Shown here: positions 22,501 to 34,500 of the stretch, piece by piece
Layout: each line of letters begins with the position of its first letter
How positions within the stretch are numbered: the first letter of the stretch is position 1
DNA from: Balanoglossus misakiensis
Lineage: Eukaryota > Animalia > Hemichordata
Direction of reading: 5' to 3'
Assembly: GCA_040954595.2 (NCBI GenBank)
Contig: CM082590.2
Span: 7,936,001-8,000,000 of the forward strand
Length of the DNA: 64,000 nt
Program-made: the position numbers and the translations under genes
The notes under the pieces: generated by a model
Told to the model about the DNA's origin: nothing
Database searches by the model: none
What the model saw: only the letters and a program-made list of their open reading frames with translations

Positions 22501-25500
22501 ACAGAGAGAGAGAAACACACACATACACACATAGTTGCAACCTTCAGTAGTGATTTTACAATTCTAGGATTAAGCAGGCACAAACACTGACACACACACA
22601 AAGACACAGATAGACACAAACAAACACTAACATGCACACAAAAAGACAGACAGATAAACAAACACAAACATATACACATACACACACACGAAAGCATGTA
22701 AACAATCACACACAGATAGAAAGTGCACACAAACAGATAGACAGACATAAAAAACATACAGACATAATACACACAAACACACACAAATGCATGTAAACAA
22801 TCACAGACACACACATCACATCACATCACATCAGAGATCAGAAACACGAAGACTTACCCTCTGCCTGCAAGGTACCTAGCCGCAGGACTTGTGCGTGAAA
22901 TACTCCCAGCAGGTGAGATGTGGTCTGTGGTTACAGAGTCTCCCAGATTCAACAACACGCGGGCGTTACTCACGCCACTCACCGACGGCAACTCTTTGGT
23001 CTGAAACAGAAAACAACAACAATAATAACAACAACAACAACGACATATGTCATTTTCACAAACTGGCACGTTCACCCCCTCCCTACTTCCCTGTTCGAGT
23101 CCCACAATGCCATTCTGCTCACACTAGTCGCGATTACCCAAACTTCTTCATTCCACTGGGGCAAAAATCTACCCATAAAGTCTCCTAACAATATCAGTAC
23201 AGTCACCCCCTGGACATGAACCACCCAGACATTACCCACCCACCAATTAGCACTGGTGTTAGGAATGCCCCTGGGGTGCGTCACCAGGGGGTGACTGCCC
23301 TAGAATGCTACTCACCATGCTTTCAAAGAACGGTGGTGACTTGATGTATGTTGATTTGCCGTCCCACGGATACAGCTGACTGTCTGGAGCGTCCAGAGAA
23401 TTCCAACGTGGATTGCCTTCCCCTTTCTGTTGAATAAAACATACACAATATTAACCCTTTCAATGCCATGGTTTGAGCCAAAATCCACTGATTTCTATGG
23501 TAAAGTTGGACCTCTATACATCAAAATAGGGGTGAAAAGGTTAATGGCGTTCACTTTTTATTTATTTTGTCGAGGTTTTTACTCTCATATCCTACAAACG
23601 GGATGGAAGTTGTGTGTGGTCGAACGTTGATTCACTATATATTCACAAGTAGGATAACATAAACAGTGTCTTGTATCAAACAGAATTAATGGAAAAAGGG
23701 GCAGCGAGAGAGAGACTTTATCTAAACTTTACCTCAATAGTGGAATAGACTTCTTTGAACATGGCTGGAATGACAAACTGTTTCTCCACTTTATGGATTT
23801 CTTCTCGAGACGGCCAGATGTCTCGCAGGAAGATCTCCTTACCATCCGCACTTTTTCCTGCAAAGATAGAGTTTGTAGAGTAAAACAGGGTCAGTCCAAC
23901 AACAGTGTGTGCTCCCAATGGTGAAACTCGGCTGCTTGAGAAGTATAGGTGAGTTCGATGAAGAAACAAGCGTCGGGTTTCATAAATAGTTTCTTCATCG
24001 AACTCCCCTGCAAAGATAATCGAACTTGTGTTAGTGGACACCTCTATATAGTGGGAACTTGTCTACAGTGGCCATTTTATTTATGTACCGTACCTGTGTA
24101 TGTACATTAATTGACCTGTCTATAAAGGTCATATATCTATGACGAACAGTTAAAGGCAATTTTCTCGATCCCAGGGCAGAACAATGAAGGCAAACAAGAA
24201 TGCCTTTGTGTTAACACGTAACTGTTTATTGGAAACAAAAGATTTGACCCACTGTTGCAATGAGAAAGGCCTTTTAGAAAAAGTCTCTTGAAAGGCTGCT
24301 ATAGGCAAGTCTGTGTTTAGTGGCAACCTCTACATAGTGGAAACTTGTTAACAGTAGCCAGTGTGCCCTCTAAGTCCATATAATGCTACACTGACTCAAC
24401 AAACTCACTGATGACTGAAGAAAAATTACCAACACTACATGCAAAGGTATAGGGCTGACTCAGAGAAATTTTTAGAAATCCTCAAATTGACTCAAAGCTT
24501 TTAAAATTATGGTTGTTATAGGCATCTGTACAATGTACATGTGTACTGACCTGTCTATAAAGGTCATATATCTATATGTCATTCTTTGAACATCGTCAAG
24601 CCGTCATTTAACTCCACATCAATCTAACTCAGACAATTTCAAAGCAATGATATACTTACCAAGGGGCTGAGTCTCAAAATCAATGGACACAGTACCCGCC
24701 AAGGCATAAGCAATAACCAACAGTGGAGAGGCAAGATAATTGGCTCGTGTCAATGGATGGATGCGTCCCTCGAAGTTGCGATTTCCTGAGAGGACACCGC
24801 AGGCAACTAGGTCACCCTGAATAACAAACACAGTTAGTGTTACTGGTTTGACTATTTGTTATAAACTGAAAAACACTTTATTTTCGCTCGCAATAAATTT
24901 TCGCCAAATACGCGAGAGCCAAAATAGCGTGAAAATAAAAAGTCGCGTAAATTGTTTTTGAAGATAACGATGCAGTGAATGAAATAAGACAGCGCAAAAA
25001 TTAATACTCGCGAAACAGTGGCCTCTCTCGATATCGCGAAAGTTTCAACTCGCGAAAATAAAGTGTTTTACAGTATTTGTTATATACACACATTACAGAA
25101 AGACCTTATCTAAACCCTGTCCCTTCAACATTAAATAATGTTGAAAGAACCCAAATAAACCAGACACCTCTCTAAACTGAACAATTTTTTAAGTCAGGGT
25201 CTTTTCGCTCAAGTTTGAAATACTTGTTTCATTAACAGCAAATCGCAACATAATTTATGTGTCAGGTAACTTTTCCACCTCCGAAACAGTCCCCAAATTC
25301 ACACAAAAATATTAGTGATGTACATATTTTTTTCCAGATTAAACTACAGTCATATCTTACCTTTTCTATGGCTTCACTGACAGGCTCTGGGAGAGGTCCA
25401 CTGTTCCCAATACACGTCATGCAACCATAACCGACAATCTCGAAGCTGTGAATGAACGTATGTACATTAAAGACAAAGTAGCTGTGACTTAATATTTTCC

Positions 25501-28500
25501 GTATTTTGTCATGTCACCTACAGTTGTTCTTCTCCCTACATCATGTTGATATGCCAAGTATTCAGCTAGTCACCACAGTCAATATATGATATGCATTACT
25601 AGCAATTTTATTGTTGACAACTGTATTTTAGTCCGGACTAAAATTCAAATATCAACACTAACATGGCACTTCACAGTGTCATGATATGCAAAGTATTCAG
25701 CTCGTCACCATAGTCAATATATGCACTACCAGCGATGTTATTAGTGACAGCTGAATTTTTTTCTGGACTATAATTAAAATATCAACACTAACATGGCACT
25801 TTACAAGTCTACATACCTACTGTACTAATGACTCACCCGAGTTTTTGTAAGTAAGGAGTGACTCCACTTTCTTGTAAATAATAAGTGACGACCCCACTTC
25901 CGGGAGACAGACTTGTTTTGATGTACGGAGCCACAGCTAGCCCGGCCTCTACAGCCTTCTTGGCGAGTAAACCTGCGTGGAAAATGGGCTGCATCAGAAA
26001 GTATTCCAAACAGACATGGTACAGTAAAACCTGTCTAAACCAAACACCAAAGGGACTGAAGAAATTGGTCAGTTTCCAGGTGTCTAGTTTACAGAGGTTC
26101 TTTTAACATGTGGTTCAATGTGAAAGGGACAGGAAAATGTGTTCAGTATAGACAGGTTTCCAGATTAGACAGGGTTCGGTTTGGACAAGTTTTACTGTGG
26201 CTGACACATGATAAGTATTCCAAAAAGACACGATAATATGCAGTGTTTATAGTTTATAGTTTCCGCTGGGTGGGCAAGTGTTTACTTGTACTAAGCCTAA
26301 CTGATTGGTTACTAGTATTAACTTGCTTGCACAAGGCACGACTGAAGTATCAACCAACTTATACCAAAATGATCTGTTACTAGAATTAACTCCTATGCAA
26401 AGAACACAACTGTAACAGTAACTGACTTGTACCAAACATAACTGACTGGTTACTAGTATCAACACACTTGCAACTTGCACAACTGATGGTTAACTATCGA
26501 TATACATATTAACCTATGTAAACTAAACATAACCAATGTATTAACTCACCTGCACCGAGCATAACTGATGGGTTACTGGTATTAGTACAACTAGTTATCG
26601 CAGCAATGACCACAGATCCATGAGACAGGACGTATTCTTGACCGTCAAAGACAAACGGCTTTTTATCCGACTGTTTGGCCGGGTCGATGTTGAATCCCTT
26701 GAAGCCCACTTTGTTGTCCAGACACATCTGGAAGTCGGTCTTCATATCCGTCACTGGGACCTTGTCGTGGGGACGCTTTGGTCCACTCACACAGGTCACA
26801 ACAGTGCTCAAGTCCAGTTCGACAACCTGTAACAGACACACATTTTTGTCATATTCACACATTTTTCTATATTTTCCCCCTTATTTTTGGACCAAATGGA
26901 CCTTATTTTCTATTGTCTTCAGATCTTAATCAAAATTTGAGAAAAAAAAATAACTGGGAAAAGATATGAGTGTATTTTTTGAAAGATGACGACAAGATGA
27001 CTATTGCATTGAGAGCAGAAGATTATTCAGATACAGGACTGTATGGATGAAGGAATGGCTTCGGAAACTACTGCACATTGAGTTTAGTGAGTGAATTTTC
27101 TTACAGTCAACAAAGTTATATATACTTTACATGATTGTCCCCCCACTATGATATACATTATTTGTATTGATAAAATATTAGCTTTATGTTTCATTTGTTT
27201 TGTGACAAGATACATGAAGGCTCACCTGTGAGAACTCCGGATCCTGATCAGAGTTGTTAAAATCTCTCAACATTTTATTTGCCTTCAGATACGCTTCGAT
27301 GAATTTCACCTTTGCTTCATCTCTCCCTGTGTATAAAAACAATGACCATTTAACCTTTTCACCACCATGGTTTGGCCTAAATCTATTGTTTTCTATGGTA
27401 TAGTTGGACCTCAATAGAGGGAATGGGGGTGAAAGGGTTAACATTCATGACAAAGGTGAGTACAATCTTAACTCTTTTCCTACAGGGGCTTGACCCAAGG
27501 AAATTATCCACACTACATACAAAGGTATACGGCTGACTCATAGAAATGTTCATAAATCCTCAAAGCTTGTACAAATTATGGTTGTTAGATGGCATGTTGA
27601 TGCATGGAATGATAGGGGGTATGAAATGGCACTCCTTTTCACTGATTCAGAGAGAAAGGGGTTTAATATCTGAGTGTTGACTCACCAGTTTGTCTCAGGT
27701 AGGTAACAGTTCTCTCATCCGCTGGGAAGAAGCCCACAGTGGCACCGTATTCAGGACACATATTGGCGATAGTGGCTCTGTCAGCGATGGAGAGCTGAGA
27801 CACACCGGGTCCGTAGAACTCCACAAATTTGCCGACGACACCGATCTGACGCAGATGCTGAAATGGAGATGATGGGGAGAACGGTCAATAGGTAAGTCTC
27901 GAACAGGAATAAACATGCTTGTATAGAAGATTTTCTTGTAACAGTAGTTTTGAACAAGTGAATAATTTCAAACACTGAAATGATTAAGATTATGCCTGGC
28001 ATTTCTGTATTAGAAAACTTCAAAGAATTTCACTGAACTTAAAATTTTTTTCTTTCTAATCCAGTGCTTATAAACATTGCATTACATGATCTCTTGCCAA
28101 GTCAAACTTTCTTGCCACTATAAAGTACTATGAATGTAACAATTTAGACCCACAAACATAAATAAAATATGTACACAACAAACAACCAACCAACCAAAAC
28201 ACAAACAACACATACATACCTAGATACACACACACATGTATAAACCCAACAAACTACACTCAAACAAATCAAACAACACAAGTAAACAATACATGCAAAC
28301 AAACAACAAATAGCACAAACAAACAACATAGACACTAACATATACATACACACACAAGACAAGCATACATACACAGACCTAAACCAACCTTAGTAATTGT
28401 CAACACAAGATAGATACATACATGTATAAACTCAACGAACAACACACTGAGACAAACAAACAAACAAATAAACAACACAACACTTACCTTAGTAATTGTC

Positions 28501-31500
28501 AACACAACATCAGTGGATGTCACCAAGCTACTCAACTGACCAGTCAGTTTATAACCAACAACTTTCGGTAACACCATACTGATAGCTTGTCCTAACATCA
28601 CAGCCTCTGCTTCTATGCCACCAACACCTGAATAACAGAACAAAATATCAAATTATATATCTTTTATTTCTTTTTCCCTGCTCCCCAACTATATGCAGTA
28701 TTCTCATGTCCATGTATAGATTCAATGTATGTAGTGATTATGCATACACACCAATTTTGTTCTGGAGAGCAATGACCAGAAGACTTCCAAGGAAACTTGC
28801 TATGTTACCCCTTTCATCACCAAAATGGAGCGAACCTTGTTGTTCTCCATGGTTTGACTGGACCAATACACATCACAACATAGGGGTGGCACTAACACAG
28901 ACTGACTGACTGACTAACTAATTAACAAACTAACTAACCAAACAAAATAAACTGATGTACAACTCACCCCATCCAACAATTCCAAGTCCGTTGATCATCG
29001 TAGTGTGAGAGTCAGTACCAACCAAACTGTCTGGATACAGAACACCATCATGGTTGAAGACCACACGTCCCAAATATTCCAAGTTGACCTGATGGACAAT
29101 TCCGGAGCCAGGCGGGACTATCAACATGTTGCGAAAGGCTTTGGCACCCCACTGTAGTAAAACAAAACACAAAGTTACACATTGGTAAGATATATTTAAC
29201 CCTTTTACCACCATGGTTCAGTCCAAACCCATTGTTTTCTACGGTAAGGTTGGACCTCTAAAGAGGGAACTGGGGGTGAAAGGGTTAAAGTTCCAGTAAC
29301 TGCCAACTTTGAGCTGTTTTCTCATTATTATTGCTTTATGTATCAACTGTGGTTTCTTGTTCTACTCTATGAAACAGAAAATAACTGCTCAGTATTTGTT
29401 TTTTCAACACAGCCATTTTTTAGTAACCAGCACTGTTATTGTTGACAAATGAATTCCAGTCCAGATATGAATTCCTTTGTCAACAATAACAGTGGTCGTT
29501 ACTGATGTACAGGCTTTGTAGGAAGGTAAAGACTGAACATTTCATAAAGCTATCCAGAGTTGAACAAGAAACTGGATTTGAGACACTAGAAAAAAGAGAC
29601 TGAAAAAATACGCAAAAGGGGATGAAAACTACCAAATTACATCACAGATCACCACGGAAATAGCTCTGAGTGTAAAAGCAGAATACTACATTCATTTGAT
29701 TTGTGGAATCCAAAAAAAATACCCATGAAATATGAAAATATTTACATTACTGAAGAAAGTGATAAATTACCTTTAAGAATAGAAATCTTTCTTTGTTTCT
29801 TTCGAATTCCAACTCCTGGTTCTTCTCAAGTGCATCTGAACTGTAAGACATCAGAAAATGTGTACAAATTAGTGCTTATTTTATCTTCCCCATTTTCTCA
29901 TACTTTGACCCACAAAATAATAGGACTGTACCACTCTGCCATACAAAAAGGGGTGCGGCAAGTAGTCACAAACTTCCATCACATAATACATGGTAATTCC
30001 ATTAACCTAGCACCAATTTTTTTAAGTGTAGGGGCTCATGTCTCAAAACAACGTTCAGGTTTCTGTCTGGAAAGCTCAATTTTCATTACATTGTTTTTGT
30101 GACCATTCAGCGAGCCAAATATCAACCAGTGAGACAATCAAGACTTATTCATACAACATACACAATAACAAGTGTTCGGGCAATAGGCCTACTCTGGATT
30201 AAATGACACATGCTGACAGCTAAAGTGTTCTCTAAAAAAGATGCACAAAATAAGTCTCGCATGATAGCAGTACAAACAACTATGCATGGATGAGTATGGT
30301 TTCGCCTATAACTAAGTAACACAGCTAGTCGCATGTTGACTAGAGCAGTGTTTGTCACAACACTTTTCAGATTTCAGATTTCACAATCATTCCCATGGTC
30401 AGAATCAGCCTACATCCGGCAGTTTGAACTTTTGTGGTATTAACCCTTTCACCACCATGGTTCAGTCCAAAATCATTGTTTGCCGTGGTAAAGTTGGACC
30501 TCTACAGAGGGAAGTGGGGGTGAAAGGGTTAAAGCTGAGATGATTCCCACATAGTGTACAAATAGTGGTGTACTGGGCAAACTTGATATCTGACCAGGTA
30601 TAGCTAACTAGGATTTTAGTGTATGAAGCATGATGGAGAACGTTATAAATCTACAATGACATGATAATATTTTAAGGTATGAAGATATGAATGAAAACAT
30701 TCTATAATGAATGAATAGCTACATTATAATATGCACAGCAAACATCTGGCAACACCAAAAACAAAACAAAATTGTGTTTTAAATTGAAGGATAAGTAAAA
30801 ATATTTTAAGAACTACTCATCAGATCCTATGAATGTACAACATTCACCATTCACAATAAACAATATTAAACTGATAATTTTGAAAGATCCATTAAAAAAT
30901 ATAATATAACATTACTAAGTATCTCATAAATTTAAGACCTAAATAATTTAAAGAACGCTGAATCTGAAGTCTGGCAATTTGAGATTAATCACAAATCCTA
31001 AGATTCACACATCAAAGAAATCAAATCAACTTCAGACAACTCTAAGAAATTACTGAGTTTCATCTCAAATCCTAAAGTTCAAACATCATAGAAACCAAAA
31101 TATATATATTTAGAAATCAAATGACAGAAACAAACTAAAAACGCTAAATATTAGAATCAAACTATTTGGAATTAGCAAAATCAAAATTTTTGAAGAATAA
31201 ATTTAGATGAAACTAACCAATCAGTTGAATGACAGAAACAAACTAAAATTGCGAAATATTAGAATCAAACTATTTAGAAAGAAACAAATTTTCACAAAAT
31301 CAAATTTTTTGAAATATAAATTTAGATGAAACTAACCTATCAGTTGAACGACAGAAACAAACTAAACTGCTAAAAATTAGAATCAAACTATTCAGAAAGA
31401 AAGGAATTTTTGCAAAATCACAATTTTCGAAATAAAAATTTAGATAAAACTAACCAATCAGTTGAATGACAGAAACAAAGTAAAATTGCTACAAATTAGA

Positions 31501-34500
31501 ATGAAACTATTTAGAAAGAAAGGAATTTTCCCAAAATCAAAATTTTCGAAATATAAATTTAGAAGAAACTAACCAATCAGTTGGAAGGTTGTGAAAGGGG
31601 CATATCTGGTCTAAAAGTGGTAATCCTGAGTGCAAACAGGCTGAGCATGTGTACGCATCTTTCTTGGATGCAGTTGTTTTTTGTTTCCCAACACCACCGC
31701 CCGGATTGGGTGCGTTTGGCACTATCCTATACGGCCTACGAAATGAAGAAAACAACATCATTGTCAGATACTTCTGTTTGAAACTTCTGTATACCGTACA
31801 TTGAATGAAATATTGAAAATAACATCAATGTATTGTGATACGTTTCAATTATATTTGGAAGAATATGTTGTATTTGGCACTATCCTATACCTATACTATC
31901 CTAAATAACATCCATGTGATACATTTCAATTTTATGAGGAACTTGAAGAATATCATGTTGTTTGGCACTATCCTATACGGCCTACGAAATGAAGAAAACA
32001 ACATCATTGTCAGATATTTGGAACAATATCTTCTTGTTTGAAACTTCTGTATACCAAACATTGAATGAAATATTGAAAATAACATCAATGTGATACGTTT
32101 CAATTTTAAGAGGAACTTGAATAATACTCTGTTTGGCACTATCCTATACGGCCTACGAAATGAAGAAAATAACATCATTGTCAGATATTTGGAACAATAT
32201 CTTCTGTTTGACACTTCTGTATACATTGAATGAAATATTGAAAATAACATCAATGTGATACGTTTCAATTATATTTGGAAGTATACAACATTGTCGTAAG
32301 ATATTTCATGTTTGGAATATTGAACACAACTTCTAAATCTTTCACTGAATGTTTAGTCTAGTCTGTCTACAGGCAGAAAGAACCTTGTTTAAAGGTCACC
32401 AGTTTCAAGAAGTCAAACAGCATAGATAACTTTTCATATCACTCAAAATTGACCAAAATAAGAGAGCAACCTTGTCCCTTTAAAGAATGTGATCCCCTGA
32501 CCCTAAATCAAGAGCTCTATCCCATTGTCAGCAAGTTCACACACAGTAGAGATCTAGAACTACATTTCCAACTGGATCAGCTCTGGGCGAACCCAAGTCC
32601 AGCTTGCGTTAGCAAAATAAGCATCTCACTCGCATCACATTTAACACAGGCTGCATAAACAATATTGCAACACTGGCAGTAATACCCTGTTCACACTGGG
32701 TAAAACTAGAAATGTTTCAGAGACACTATGACTATTTGACATTTGTAAACACACAGGATTAATCTTTTGAGTCGCTTTGTGTCCTCACACACAAAATTAA
32801 AGCGACTTGGCCCCATAGCGTGTTGCAGATAGGTATTAATCCTAACACCAGCTCAGGTCTGGTTGACACAACCGTCTCAAATCTGAAACGTTCCAGGACC
32901 AAATAAACTGTTCACACGTAATATTTCTTGCCAGTATTTGAGCTGAGATGGTTGAGAAACCTTTAGATGATTCCTGTGTGAACACCATGTCATTAACAGA
33001 GACTTACGAAAGTATCTCGAAAAACAGAGAACACACAGAAACAGGATGAAAATATAGTTGGTCAAAGATGACATGAAGATGTATGAGAATTTTTAAATCA
33101 ATAGAAAATGCAGATGTAACTCAATCAAGAAAAATTTAATATGGAAATAAATATGGAGTTTAAAAAACCACTTGATTTCGTTACCCAAGATATTTTGTAC
33201 ACTGAACCCTGTATAATCTGGAAACCTGTCTATACCGAACACATTTTCCCGTCCCTTTCACATAGAAGCACATGTTAAAAAACCTCCATACACCAGACAC
33301 ATTATACAAACCGAACAATTTCTTCAATACCTGTTGAGTACAGTTTAACCCTTTCACCACCATGGTTCAGTCCAAACTCATTGTTTTCTGTGGTGGAGTT
33401 GGACCTCTATAGAGAGAACTGGGGGTGAAAGGGTTAAATATGTTTTTTTTTATACCTTCTGTGCATTTTTTCACCCACCTCCCATTTTTCCATCACCCTC
33501 ATCCAAGTTTATCAACCCCCTCTCTAAGCTGGTTTCCTCGGAAACCGATACAATATTCTTGATTCTTACATACCTTCTTGAGACGTCGACTTGCACCGAA
33601 TGGTCGATCACCAAATCAGCTGGACACACCGGATTAATCTTCTGGGGGTCACCCCCAAGTCTCTTCACTGCATCACGCATTGCAGCAAAGTCAACCACTG
33701 CTGGTACACCCCTGTTGGGAGAATAAGTAAATCCTGGATGAGAATCATGATGGAATAGGCCACTTTCATCACCTTACATCCTTGTATGTCTGATGGTGTG
33801 GGATTGTCAAAATTCAACATTCTGAGACAAGAATTGGGTAAAATATTGCTAGACACCCCTGTTGGGAAAATGAGCAAATCCTCCATCAGAATCATGATGG
33901 AACAGGCCACTTTGAACCTTTACAATATGAGGTTGTCTAAGTTCAAGTATTGCTTGCCTGTCATCTGGAAATGACAACGCCATGGGTCACATTGCCAGAT
34001 CACGCGATTGATAGTAAAGAATACCTTTACACGCATACCATGATAGTTGTGTACCTTGCAACCATAGCAGTGTTTTTGCTAAGGATGGGGAACATTGGTA
34101 ATGGATTTGGGAACCCCCGGAAGCATTCCTACAACCCCCTAATATAACTACATTGATACACCCAGGGGAACCCCGGTAAAATGACTGGGGAACTCTGGTA
34201 GATTTTACCTAGGTACCGCCCTTAACAAAAACACTGCATAGGTTGAATAAACTCACTGGTGAATTAGCAACAACTTACGTAAAGTCTTGTAGAATGACCC
34301 TTGCCGGTTTGAAGGGTATCTCCACATCCTTGTCCTGATTGTCTTTCCAATTGATGATCTTTTCGATGTCTTCTTCCTTGACGTGGAAGTTGTCACAGTT
34401 TCTGACCGACGACTCCAGAAGCACACGGATTGAAAATGGCAGTTTATCTGCAAAAAATGATAGTAATTTTTTTTAATGTACAGTCAAAACTGTCTATAGT

